This document shows, one piece after another, positions 25,584 through 37,040 of a stretch of 64,000 bases of DNA. The stretch is from Flectonema sp. DT1601. Its lineage: Eukaryota. The notes under the pieces are model-generated. The model saw nothing but the letters and a program-made list of their open reading frames with translations. It made no database searches and had not been told where the DNA came from. Where the stretch lies: NCBI GenBank assembly GCA_964019425.1, contig OZ025790.1, positions 806,001 through 870,000 on the forward strand, read 5' to 3'. Positions within the stretch are counted from its first letter, which is position 1, and each line of letters begins with the position of its first letter. Position numbers and translations under genes: made by a program.

Positions 25584-28500
25584 TTAGTGTTTAGGTGATG
25601 GCTGGTCATCCGTAACATCTTGTTGTTCTGAGATATGTACCTCACCAGTTATTTCATCAGACGGCTGTTCCACTGACTGAGGCTGTTCTTCTGGCTGTGG
25701 TTGTTCCTCCAGTTGTTCCACCGATTGAGGCTGCTCTTCTGGCAGTGGCTGCTTTTCCGGTTGTTCCACTGACTGTGGTTGTTCTTCTGGCTGTGGCTGT
25801 TCCTCTGGCTGTGGTTGTTCTTCCGTTTGTTCCACCGATTGAGGCTGCTGTGGCTGTTCCTCCAGTTGTTCCTCTGGCTGTGGCTGTTCCTCTGGCTGTG
25901 GCTGTTCTTCCGTTTGTTCCACCGATTGAGGCTGCTCTTCTGGCTGTGGCTGTTCCTCTGGCTGTGGCTGTTCCTCTGGCTGTGGCTGTTCTTCCGTTTG
26001 TTCCACCGATTGAGGCTGCTCTTCTGGCTGTGGCTGTTCCTCTGGCTGTGGCTGTTCCTCTGGCTGTGGCTGTTCTTCCGTTTGTTCCACCGATTGAGGC
26101 TGCTCTTCTGGCTGTGGCTGTTCCTCTAGTTGTTCCACTGATTGTGGTTGTTCCTCTGGCTGTGGCTGTTCCTCTGGCTGTGGTTGTTCTTCCGTTTGTT
26201 CCACCGATTGAGGCTGCTCTTCTGGCTGTGGCTGTTCTTTCGGTTGTTCCACTGATTGAGGCTGTTCCACTGACGGTGGTTGTTCCTCTGGCTGTGGCTG
26301 TTCCTCCGTTTGTTCCACCGATTGAGGCTGCTCTTCTGGCTGTGGCTGTTCTTCTAACTGTGGGTCTAAATGAACTTCACTTTGTAATTGTTCCCGTTGT
26401 TGAATAGTATCAACAATAGGATTACTTACTACTGATATTGGTGAAGAGTCTGATGATTTCTTCATCCATTCAATAGAGGAATATTGAGAATTAAAACAAA
26501 GACTTGGTGACAACAGTGAAGCAGTAGATGTTAATGGGAATAGTAAAACAGGACCTGGTTGGCTTTGAGTTGGTTCAACTTTTGAAGACTTTGCCAGGCT
26601 ACTGATACTGGAGATGACGCTGACTGGTGCAGCTACTGCTGCTGACGCAACTTGGAGAAGTTTATTAGTAGGGTTTGAGTCTTCTTTTTTATCAACTGGA
26701 ATTGAAACAGAAGAAGGACTCAAATGGTGTTTTACAGTTCCAATTGAAGTTTCTGGTTCCCAAGTAGTCCACGTCACTGCTTTACAACTTTCACTTGACG
26801 GTTTCTCAATTGGTTGTAATGTGAATGGCAATCTGGCAGAATTCTCTGTTTTTGGTTTTTTTTCACCGACAATCTTCTTTAATTCCTCGTCGGTCAACAT
26901 GTTTTCTCGTTTTTCCTGATCCCTCTTTGGGAGTGGTATGTCGGGTATATTCGGAACAGTTGCGATGTTATGTATTCTTCTCTTCGATTTATCACCATCA
27001 CTACCACTTGAAGAATCACTAAACTCCGTGTAGTCAGCTAAAATATTATTCATTATCGTTTTTTCTTTCACTTCTTTAGCAGCAGCATCTTCCAATGGCT
27101 GTGATGGATATGCTAAAGGAGCACTGCATGCACGACAGAGCTGATTAAAGTATGTCGAGAATTCTTTCAAAGTCATCTTTGAATCACTTTGGATATTTTC
27201 ATTAAATAATTTAATAACAGGAGGTGAATCTGGTGTGTTTCTATCCTTTAGAAGGTGAGGACCCTGGGCTTTATTATTAACCCAGGCACCGACTTGGACA
27301 GCTCCTGTTTCGGAATTAATTAAATATCTGACTGAATTACCTACAGTGTATTTCGTTACACAACTTTTACAACAACGCTGAGGAGTTGTGTAGTTGAAGT
27401 GGTTCGGAAAGGTGTGGGTTTGATTGCTGCATTCTTTGCAGAATAAATTACCACATCCTCTACAATGATGTCGTCTCCTTGTTAGTAACGTGAATGGCTT
27501 TGTGCAATCAGAACAGGTAGACGAGCTGTCATCTGGTGACATGGTTGGTTGTATGAATAAATCTTTTTTTTCAGATCCCTTCTCAAATATTTGAATTTCA
27601 ACATTCTGGTCAGGATGTCTAATTATTAATATTCTTTCTTGAACTTCATCTTCCCATTCTCCCTCATATTTTATACTCGATTCGAGATCCAGAAGAACAC
27701 CTCTTCCATTCCTTTTATCATCCTTCCACATTCCAGTAAACATAAAGCTGTCGGTAGTAAGTTTACCCATACCATGTCGAAGATCCTTACCCCATTCACC
27801 CAGGTAGATGTCACCTGTTGGGTAAGAAATAAGACCTATTCCGTGTCTCATGCCGTTGTGGTGCATTCCATTGTAATTTGATGCATCATCGTATATTGCT
27901 TTTCCAATTCCATGACGAGTGACTGTGGATGTGAGACCATCAGAGTGAGTTGTTCTTTTTACTTCTCCGTGATAAACTGTTTTTAAAATAACACCTTGTT
28001 CGAAATATCCTTCTTTCGTAGTCCCGTCAGGAAGTCTTAAGAATCCTTGACCAGTTGGAAGACCATTAGAAAACGCTCCAATATACTCCGTGTTCTTATC
28101 TGTTATTAAGTTTCCGTTACCTGACTCTAAAGAATCACTCATAGAACCGACGTAGTAGTAGTTTCCATTTGATGATATCTTTCTTGCCATTCCGTTAAAA
28201 CCGTTTTCTGTTGCCGTTCCTGTTATGTAATTACCATTCTCCATTACTGATATTATTGTACTTCCTTTGACAGCTGCTTGTGCACAAGACGAACAGGCTT
28301 TATCTTTATCTTTACGAGTTGATGTTGACATCGGTGATGGAGGTTCACTATCTTGACTTGCTGAGAGTGAATCATCTCTCGTACTTCCTAACTGACCGGC
28401 AGATTCGATTCTATGCATTCCACTTGTCTCTGAGAATCCACAGTGTCCGATCGGTATTTTAAACTCCTTCAAACATGATGAACAGGCATCTCGTTTACAA

Positions 28501-30428
28501 CCCGGACAACAATACTTCCAACGGCTGATCCCAAATGATGATTGACAGAATTCACATTTTTGACCACTAGTTGCTGCGTCAGCTACCTGCTGATGGACAT
28601 GAAGTACTGAAAGGACTTCAAGACCAGAACTGTATTGAGTAATAAAGGTTCGAATGTGTTTATGATTATCATCAAAACAATGAACTGTTAAGGTACCAGT
28701 TGGTTTATCTTCAATCCAATGTGATTCAATTTGATAGTTAGAATGAAATAATATTCCCGACCCAGTTCTACTATTGTGATCCCAAGAACCAGAATACTTA
28801 TTACCATCAGTGTCAAACAGTGTTCCTTGACCATGACGGGTTCCCTCTGACCATGTTCCTGAATATTGAGAGTTGTTTGGGTATTGGAGGGTACCTATTC
28901 CGTAGGGGATATCGCAAACAACGTCACCTTCGAAAATACCTCCGTCTTTGAAAGTAATTCGACCGAATCCAGATTTGTGTCCCTGTACCCAAGTTCCATA
29001 ATAATATGACCCATTTGGGTATCTGTAAGTACCTTCACCGTGATAAGTATATCCATGATGCTCTCCATCATAGTGAGTAGTTGGTTCATTATTATCCCAT
29101 AATCCATGTTGAATAGTGTTATCAGGTCTTTGTTGAGTTCCTGGTCCTTGTCGCTTTCCGCATTCCCATTTTCCAACGAATTCGGTTCCGTCAGCTTCCC
29201 GTAAACAACCAATTCCATGACGTTCTCCTCGTTCCCATCTGCCGTAGTAAAAACCGTCTTTAGAAGTCCACATCAGTCCTTTGCCGTGAAACTTATCAAA
29301 CTTCGAGTCACCGCAATAAACAGAATCATCTTTCATCCACATGACACCTTTCTGTCGCTCACCTTTTATAAAGGCTCCAATAAAGACATCTCCCGAAGCG
29401 TATTTCATTCTTCCAGGTGAAGTAGGGTTGTCTCCGGTATGAAACAATCCGTTAACTGTTGGACCAGTGTACTCTGCGTCTTGTTTTGGGAACTTGAAAG
29501 TACCGCGGCCGTTTGGTTTACCTCGAAGCCACTCACCAGAGTAGGTGTCACCATTTCTGTATGTTTGAATGCCTTGTCCGGATATTTGATTTGCTTCCCA
29601 TTCTCCGTGGTAGCGGTCACCGTTATGATATTCTCGTATTCCTTTTCCTTCTTTCATATCTTTATTCCAATCTCCGTCATAGCGACCTCCGTTTGCATAC
29701 ATTAAAATACCTTTACCGTGTCTCTGATCGTTGATCCAAGTTCCTTCGTATCGATCACTGTTGTCGTATGTACACTTTCCTCTACCTTCTCTTTTATTGT
29801 CAACTAGTTCTCCAGAATAAGAGTTTCCGTTCTTGTAATCGATACGCCCCTTGCCGTGCATTCCACGTATTTTATGAAAATTTCCTTCGTATTGTTTTAC
29901 TGCTCCGGTAGAGTCGCCTGCGAAGAATTTCGAAGGGAATGACGGAGAATTCCCGAGAGAAACTCCCTTAGCAATCTTTTTTAATGTATTTTGAGATGTA
30001 TATTTGACGGATTGTCCGAATGGTTGACCAGCATCCCACTGACCTTCGAATTTGAAGTCTTTGGTGCTGATCGTGCCGGTACCATGACGATGACCTTCGA
30101 ACCATTCCCCAATGTAGACTGAGTGATCTCCATATTCACGTTTACCCTGGCCGTGCCATTGGTCATTTTGCCATTCGCCGTCGTAGCTGCCGTCATTTGG
30201 GGTGTCAAAAAACCCTTTTCCGCTTCTCTTTCCCATAACCCATTGACCACCGTATCTTGTTCCATCGTGAAATAATGCGATTCCACTTCCATCAGGTAGT
30301 CCAACTGTTTCACACTTATCTCCATCATAGTGACGAATACTTTTATCTGAAACCAGACCAACGTTAACTTCGACGTTGTAGTTACGCAGCTTCTTAAGCG
30401 TGATGTCGTCCCATTTTCCCTTCATCAC
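25584..30428 (-). CDS. MORN-repeat protein with two FYVE-type zinc fingers and a Gln/Glu/Pro repeat tail, 1614 aa
   Basis: Many YxGxW...HGxG repeats; canonical FYVE (RRRHHCRGCG) and a degenerate one (WKYCCPGC). Confidence 0.93.
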   Translation of the reverse strand: MMKGKWDDITLKKLRNYNVEVNVGLVSDKSIRHYDGDKCETVGLPDGSGIALFHDGTRYGGQWVMGKRSGKGFFDTPNDGSYDGEWQNDQWHGQGKREYGDHSVYIGEWFEGHRHGTGTISTKDFKFEGQWDAGQPFGQSVKYTSQNTLKKIAKGVSLGNSPSFPSKFFAGDSTGAVKQYEGNFHKIRGMHGKGRIDYKNGNSYSGELVDNKREGRGKCTYDNSDRYEGTWINDQRHGKGILMYANGGRYDGDWNKDMKEGKGIREYHNGDRYHGEWEANQISGQGIQTYRNGDTYSGEWLRGKPNGRGTFKFPKQDAEYTGPTVNGLFHTGDNPTSPGRMKYASGDVFIGAFIKGERQKGVMWMKDDSVYCGDSKFDKFHGKGLMWTSKDGFYYGRWERGERHGIGCLREADGTEFVGKWECGKRQGPGTQQRPDNTIQHGLWDNNEPTTHYDGEHHGYTYHGEGTYRYPNGSYYYGTWVQGHKSGFGRITFKDGGIFEGDVVCDIPYGIGTLQYPNNSQYSGTWSEGTRHGQGTLFDTDGNKYSGSWDHNSRTGSGILFHSNYQIESHWIEDKPTGTLTVHCFDDNHKHIRTFITQYSSGLEVLSVLHVHQQVADAATSGQKCEFCQSSFGISRWKYCCPGCKRDACSSCLKEFKIPIGHCGFSETSGMHRIESAGQLGSTRDDSLSASQDSEPPSPMSTSTRKDKDKACSSCAQAAVKGSTIISVMENGNYITGTATENGFNGMARKISSNGNYYYVGSMSDSLESGNGNLITDKNTEYIGAFSNGLPTGQGFLRLPDGTTKEGYFEQGVILKTVYHGEVKRTTHSDGLTSTVTRHGIGKAIYDDASNYNGMHHNGMRHGIGLISYPTGDIYLGEWGKDLRHGMGKLTTDSFMFTGMWKDDKRNGRGVLLDLESSIKYEGEWEDEVQERILIIRHPDQNVEIQIFEKGSEKKDLFIQPTMSPDDSSSTCSDCTKPFTLLTRRRHHCRGCGNLFCKECSNQTHTFPNHFNYTTPQRCCKSCVTKYTVGNSVRYLINSETGAVQVGAWVNNKAQGPHLLKDRNTPDSPPVIKLFNENIQSDSKMTLKEFSTYFNQLCRACSAPLAYPSQPLEDAAAKEVKEKTIMNNILADYTEFSDSSSGSDGDKSKRRIHNIATVPNIPDIPLPKRDQEKRENMLTDEELKKIVGEKKPKTENSARLPFTLQPIEKPSSESCKAVTWTTWEPETSIGTVKHHLSPSSVSIPVDKKEDSNPTNKLLQVASAAVAAPVSVISSISSLAKSSKVEPTQSQPGPVLLFPLTSTASLLSPSLCFNSQYSSIEWMKKSSDSSPISVVSNPIVDTIQQREQLQSEVHLDPQLEEQPQPEEQPQSVEQTEEQPQPEEQPPSVEQPQSVEQPKEQPQPEEQPQSVEQTEEQPQPEEQPQPEEQPQSVEQLEEQPQPEEQPQSVEQTEEQPQPEEQPQPEEQPQPEEQPQSVEQTEEQPQPEEQPQPEEQPQPEEQPQSVEQTEEQPQPEEQPQPEEQLEEQPQQPQSVEQTEEQPQPEEQPQPEEQPQSVEQPEKQPLPEEQPQSVEQLEEQPQPEEQPQSVEQPSDEITGEVHISEQQDVTDDQPSPKH
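25670..26360 (-). repeat. Coding minisatellite of 18-bp units (EEQPQP / EEQPQS / VEQT)
   Basis: Visible ctctggctgtggctgttc repeats with higher-order blocks. Confidence 0.95.
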
Positions 30429-31170
30429 TCAATAAGAAAATGGTGTCACCCTCACACACCCCCCACACACACGCTGTTGAAATATGTTGAATGCAACAAT
30501 AGTAAATAACAAAATAATCTATTTTTAGAATATCAAAACAACCGACAATCGGGTTGACATGATTAGGTGAGTGTCTGCTGATGTGGATATCTTAAATTTA
30601 TAAATATATTTAAAAAAACTTTAAAAAAAAACGTCAATACGCAACAACAACAGCTCTCATTGACAACTTAACTAAAAAACGGGGATAAGTGGAGGGCTGG
30701 AAGGTTAACGGTTCTTGCTTCCTTTTCAGCGGTACATAGTGTACCTAGACAGATATGTGTGCTGTCTGGTTCGAATCGCCTGTTCTGGAAAACATTATTT
30801 TTTTTCTTAAAAAAAAATTAAAAAGTTTTAGTCTTTTGCTTTTGGTTTTTTTTTTTTTTTTCTATTTTTGTTGTCTTTCGCATTTTTTTTTTTTTTTTAA
30901 ATTAAGTTTTTTTCTGCTTTTTTCTCTCTTTTCTTTTTTTTTTTTTTTCTTTTTTTTAAAGCTACCCCCCCCTCCCCCCCCCTTCCAGCTCCCCACTGAA
31001 CTCCCTCAATAATATTGTCAAGTTTATTTTTTTACCTTTTCCAGCTGTATAATAAAACTAATCCTTACATTTTCAGAAAGGCAGACAAGCTTCTCATACT
31101 GCAGCAGGACACACTCTGGGATGGCTTCTCAAATCAGGATTTAAAGGTCCCTAAGATAATTTGAGTGTTT

Positions 31171-31207
<37 letters not shown>

Positions 31208-32028
31208 TAAATAAATCCCAAGAGAAACTCCTCAGCTAGAAGCACCTACCAACAGAATAAAGGGAGCTGGGCTGCCTTACCCACAATTCCTTTTTTTTTT
31301 TTTTTTTCTTTTCCTTCTTCTTAGTATAAAACCATCACACTGATAAGAATACAAGGTATTCAGGCAGCGCGTGATTCGCCTTAACGATGGTAGCTTCAAT
31401 AACAGCAGGGAGGGAAAGCTAGAAACTAGGGAATTAAGTTGCCTTGGGGGAGGGGGGTTTTTTTTTTTATTGGGGGGATGGGTGAGTGAAAAATAAAACA
31501 AAATAAAAAAAATAAAAATAAAAAATAAAAAAAATTGACTCGTTGAGAAGTAAAGCTCACAAAGATTCCTCGTGGTCAATGTTTTTATTATTATGAATAA
31601 ATATATATTTATTTTTTTTCCCATTTCTTTTTTTTTAATGTTCCTTCTTCTTCCTCCTCTGATAAAAGCTAGACGGTGATGCTGGTTTCACACCTGACTT
31701 CCATCAACCAGTCAGTGTGTTACCTATAAAGGTTGTCTTGGCACTCAATTGCACCCCTAAAGGCAGACTGACAATCTAACCAAGTGCGGACAAGATCCCT
31801 TGATCTCGTCATGAAAATTGGTCTTAGTTTTTCATCTTGTTATGTTTAACGTGTTAGCATTGTACAAAAAAAAAACCAAAAAAAAAAAAAAAAAAAAAAA
31901 ACCAACACTTCGTTTTGCCTGACTTTTTGCTGAAATTCTTCACATTTTCTCAAAAGGGGCTCTTTTTTTAATTTATTTTTTTTTTTTTTTTTGTACTAAT
32001 GTGTATGAGCCAAAAAATTCACACCAAA

Positions 32029-34097
32029 CTAGTCAACCTTAATCGATCCGTAGATGATTCTCATAAAGATGTATCCTGACAGAACTCCAATAGTTCCGAT
32101 TGCAATGTACATCGCGCCAGAAAAGACAAGCATAATCTGTGAATAAATAAACATCGAAAGGGCGGATTCAATTTTCAGTTGCGTTTGAGCATAGTATAAA
32201 GAATACAAGAAAAAGTGAATTCCCATTCCTCCTGGAATCACAAAGGCTTTCCACCACCAACGATGTTCTTCAAACACCAACAAGAAGTAAACGATGACAA
32301 TAGTAACTTCAATTGACACTATCAAAACAGTGAGCGCTGTTAAAGCAAGGAATCCAAAGACGTAATAAACCATTCCCTGCCACATTGAGGAAAGGATGAA
32401 CCGAAGCTCAATGAACGCAGCTCCGAATGGTACCAACCCTGGCACTAATACCAAGAACCAAGTCTCAAGATACCAACTTCTTTCTGGAACGACTCTCTGA
32501 ACGGCATTGATCTGTTTGTTGTTGTTGATGATGATGATGATGAACAAAAAAAAACTGAATAACACTAATCAATGTTTACACCAATAGAAATCATACCTTT
32601 ACAGGAGGGACAAGAGCAGTCATTTTGTTACCGAAACTTGCTCCGAGAATGACCAAAGGAAACGAAACACCAATCCATAAAGCAAACATATAAAGTGAAT
32701 TGAATACAACTGGCGCACTGTTGTACGATGGTGTCGTTGACACGATAACAATCTGTTTGTTTGTTTGTTTTTTTATTTTTAATTTCCGCACAACTGCTGA
32801 AATACATAAAACCAAGACATACTTCAGTAATCACCCAAGCAAGAAGCATTCCTCCAGGAAATGCGAGGGCCGCAGCGAAAATTGGTCTCCAAGCGAACAT
32901 ATTAAATGTGATGAGTACGTAGGCGGTTGAGTATCCGTTTAGAATAGACATCAATACGAATAAGAGAATCGATGCAGTTATTAATCCTCCTCTGTTAGCA
33001 GGTGAAAGGAATCCAAGAATAGCGAATGTGAATACAAGTGACGCCATTCCAATAAGTTGGAGTCCTGTTCCTACCAATACAGCCAACAGACGTGGGTATT
33101 CTGGGATTCGGAAGACGTCGCCGTGAACAAGTTTCCAACCAACTTCTTCATTTTGTTCTTCCATATCATCAGGGTCGCCACCCATAATATCAAGTCTCAA
33201 AGCTCTGATCATAATCATAGCAACAACAGTAGCGAAACATAAAATAATTAAACTACTGTTAACAATTCCTAACCAATGAACTCTCGCATTCCTATTGGAG
33301 AATGCTAAGTTTAAGTAAGCATCCCATCTGTTACTCCACGAGACAGTACTCTCATGCCATTTAACAGAGTATGACCAAATGATCTTCTTTGTTGTTTCCA
33401 TTGTAGTTACTGGAGGATGCTTGTCGTGAATTTTAAAGTTATCATCACAAGCATCTTCATGAACGTGATCAATTGAATGAGGAACGACATAGAATCCAAC
33501 AATAATCCACTTACCATTATCTTGTTGGTTAGCATGGATATGTAAAGCCAAGTGGTTATGAATATGAGTAGTCGTTCCGATACATGACTGAGGTACTCCA
33601 AGTGCGAATCCACGAGTGTGAGTGTCATAGGTTTGTTTACCAGTTGGACAAGCAGCATTGTATACCCAAGATCCATTACTTACGACTGGGAGGTTATCAA
33701 GGACGAAGGTTCCTCTGTACCCATGGCGGATTCTTCTCTCAAAACGGGCCAAGTCACCGCCAGTAACTTCATTCTGACCTGGGGAGCATCTGATAGGCGC
33801 GCACTTCTGGTCAACCATCATCTTCGCCTTGTACAGAGATGGTGCAATACGATCTCCCCAAATCACTTCTCCAAGCTTCTCATCTTTCGCTCCCTGAACG
33901 AGAGTCGTCTTGTTAGGCGCACAGAACTTCACCGAGTAGAAATCGAGTGAAATCAACTCTTCGTGACTGAATAGTGAGTTGACTTTAATAGGACCTACTG
34001 GTGAACCTCTTTCGTATTCCTTTAATGCGATACCAGGGATGTAATTGTAACCGACTACATTACTCAATAGTCCGAATACGAGCGCTGCTCGCAACAT
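32029..34097 (-). CDS. TM9SF / endomembrane protein 70 (nonaspanin), 3 exons
   Basis: WSNRWDAYL, VHWLGIVNS, GWKLVHGDVFR, PFGAAFIEL, IYGSIKVD. GT-AG introns 32753-32822 and 32512-32596 join three ORFs in frame. Confidence 0.95.
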
Positions 34098-34209
34098 TTT
34101 AAAATGTGTTCTGGAGATAAATAACACGTAACTTACTATTACTTGATTTATATTAACTTTGTGTAAGTACGCCAAGACAATGATGGACGTGATCACTGAA
34201 AGAGTGATA

Positions 34210-34308
34210 ATAGACTGCTATGGTCTTAAGCGATAGACTGCTATGGTCTTAAGCGATAGACTGCTATGGTCTTAAGCGATAGACTGCTATGGTCTTAAGC
34301 GATAGACT
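34210..34308. repeat. Perfect 23-bp tandem repeat (atagactgctatggtcttaagcg) x4.3
   Basis: Four identical head-to-tail units plus 7 bp, no spacers. Confidence 0.95.
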
Positions 34309-35849
34309 CACTTTCATTGGATAATGACCACCACTCCATCATCAGAAATCGTCCGAGGTGGCTTAAGGTCGCACATTGGGATCTTGCAGTGGTACTTCCA
34401 AAGTCACAATTCGTCCACTCAAACAAGGAAGAATACAACACACTATGGTTTACTTTCTCGCGAGCAAAAGCACCTGTTCTAAGTAGGTCTTAAGAATCAT
34501 CCACAGCAGACATATTGTTGTAGACCTTCTTCTTGTGACACCAATTTAAGGGGGTGAAACTTTGACAATGTAAAAACAGTAACAACTTTCCACACCTGTA
34601 GCTCTGTAGAGAAAATAAATATAAATACGAAAAGGGTGAACAACAATCGCCACCAATCACATTTTAACTATAACGCGGGATGAACATAAAAGATGCATCC
34701 TCGGCAAGAAAGTAATACGTGTTTATTATACGGTTGTGTACCAGAGGTCCCCCAATTATTACCAGGCTATCCCGTGGGTACCTAACACCCAATCCGAGCT
34801 CACCTATCTAATAAAAGAATCGGTACTGGGGCACCCTAACCCCCCACTAGTTTCGAAATTCCATTTTTTTTTTTTGACTGTTTCTGGTACGTTTGCCTTG
34901 TATCTCTGTTGGTTGCCCTCAAAATACTCAAAAACCAGCTTAGCAGCTACATTGCAGATACTTGTTTACACCCTGGGTTCCTATGAATACTGGAATGACA
35001 GGAACAGGAGAAGTGATGAGACAGGAGAATCATAGATTCCGTGAGAACTGCAGAGTACGATATCGGGTGGTGATTCTGAGTTGGGTCGAGCAATGTTGCT
35101 CACAATAAGTACACCCTCAGCAGTTTTTCTAGAATCTATAGCTGCTTGAGGGCGCTGCTACGGGATCTATGTTCTAGTGGCTGGGGATGGCAGAAGTGAA
35201 TAAGACTCGGATAGAAGTAGGACTGGAATTGCGGAAGAACAAGAAAAAGAAGGTAGAGCTGGTGGTTGCCTGTCAGTTGCAACACCTGATATGAAAAATC
35301 AAGTTCAAGATGAAATAGTAGCCTCTAGTGGTACCGTAGTATACAACTCCTCCGTGAATCAAAAAAAAAGGGAAGGGGCAGTCATCGTCAAAAACATGAT
35401 GACAGAAGGGCTAAATAATCCTTTCTATCAACAGACTATTGAAATACACTCTGCCTGGATGTACTACATGAGTAGTTTGCAACTGAGGTTCAGTGTGACC
35501 ATATCAACTTCTTCCTCCCACACATCAACCAGAATACGGTAGTGACGTGTCCGGATATGAAGATTCTTCTTCATATCTGCTTCTTGATGTCTGACATGAC
35601 AAGATGATTCACTTTAGGATAGATGTTGTTAGAGAATGAGGGCAATGCTCTTTATTAACTACCTTTTCCTTTAGAGGCCAAAAAAAAAGAAAAGGCAATT
35701 CCTTACAACAGCGAAAGATTCTTATGTGTAGTATACAATAGAGAAAAACAAAAATTTCTGCGAGTCCAACAGAGAATTTCTCAAAAGATTAATTAAGGAG
35801 GATTTAGTCCCCTTATCTCTTCTTTTGGCATATTTTTCATTACTTCTCT

Positions 35850-37040
35850 TCACAATCCTATTTTAGACCTCTTTTTTGCCCTTATATAAAGGGACAAGTC
35901 TGGCAATAAGTCTTTCAAATACATAGACCTTTCCACAAACAGAGAACTATTGTTTTCAGGTACCTGAACTGATTGAAGTCCTTCGCAACCTTCGAGAAAG
36001 CTCCCCCCAATTTTTGTAACACTATTCAGACTAGAGAGGTCTAACGAGGTAATAGAGAAACAGCCCTTTAAGCAAAAATCTCCAATTTCATTGACACTAT
36101 TCAGACCAGAGAGGTCTAACGAGGTAATAGAGAAACAGCCCTTTAAGCAAAAATCTCCAATTTCATTGACACTATTCAGACCAGAGAGGTCTAATTTGGT
36201 GATGGAAGTACAGGATCCTAAGAAATAACTTCCAATACTTGTGACACTATATAGACCAGAGAGGTCTAATGAAGTGATAGAAGAACAGAATCCTAAGAAC
36301 AAACCTCCAATTTTAGTGACACTATTCATACCAGAGAGGTGAAGTGAAGTGATGGAAGAACAGTTTGCTAAGAAAGAATTTCCAATTGCAGTAACACTAT
36401 TCATACCACAGAAGTCAAGTGAAGTGAGTGAAGAACAGAAAAATAAGAACCCATCTCCAATTGATGTGACACTATTCATACCACAGAGGTCAAGCAAAGT
36501 GAGTGAAGAACAGAAAGAAAAGAACTCATCTCCAATTGATGTGACACTATTCATACCAGGGAGGTCAAGCGAAGTGAGTAAACAATTTTCTTTTAAGAAT
36601 GAGTCTTCGATGGCTTGGACTTCAGAATTTGAATTGCGGAACGAAACCCGTTTGACTATTGGAGGTATCAATCCTTTCTCAAGTTTGAGGATATTGTTCT
36701 CTAAGAATGTGGGAGTGTCCAGAAAGAGACATTTTTCTTCGTCACCAGCCAGCCTGCGAAGCAGCTCCTCTCGCTTTGTTTCATCCACAAACCAGCTTTT
36801 ACCAAATAAACGAAATCGTTTCTTCCCCACCTCCAGCTCGCTGTTGGGCCCCACTCCATGAACAGCCAGACGCTTAGTTTCACAAAGAAGCTCTCCAGCG
36901 AACGACAGTTCGACTTCCTCCGCATCGATGCCCCACTCCTCAACCGCCGCAGTCAACACGTCGCTCACGAGTGAATCAGCAACAGCTGTGAATGACACCG
37001 CGGGAAGTCCCAAATCCGGACACGACACAGAAACTTGCAT
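35850..37040 (-). CDS. Ubiquitin-like N-domain plus BspA-like 25-aa leucine-rich repeats (paralogue 1, 396 aa)
   Basis: MQVSVSCP...ELSFAGELL...NSELEV, then repeats such as SSITSLDLSGLNSVNEIGDFCLKGC. Confidence 0.88.
   Translation of the reverse strand: MQVSVSCPDLGLPAVSFTAVADSLVSDVLTAAVEEWGIDAEEVELSFAGELLCETKRLAVHGVGPNSELEVGKKRFRLFGKSWFVDETKREELLRRLAGDEEKCLFLDTPTFLENNILKLEKGLIPPIVKRVSFRNSNSEVQAIEDSFLKENCLLTSLDLPGMNSVTSIGDEFFSFCSSLTLLDLCGMNSVTSIGDGFLFFCSSLTSLDFCGMNSVTAIGNSFLANCSSITSLHLSGMNSVTKIGGLFLGFCSSITSLDLSGLYSVTSIGSYFLGSCTSITKLDLSGLNSVNEIGDFCLKGCFSITSLDLSGLNSVNEIGDFCLKGCFSITSLDLSSLNSVTKIGGSFLEGCEGLQSVQVPENNSSLFVERSMYLKDLLPDLSLYIRAKKRSKIGL

Noticed and set aside
25697..26407. Hydrophobic plus-strand ORFs
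   Set aside because: Antisense readings of the EEQPQP minisatellite.
30768..30780. tRNA T-loop-like GGTTCGAATC
   Set aside because: No T-stem pairing or acceptor stem.
34210..34308. Possible CRISPR array
   Set aside because: Identical head-to-tail units without spacers; eukaryotic context, no cas genes.
35300..35480. Possible degenerate RING finger (minus CHHVFDDDC)
   Set aside because: Surrounded by stops and frameshifts; too little signal.
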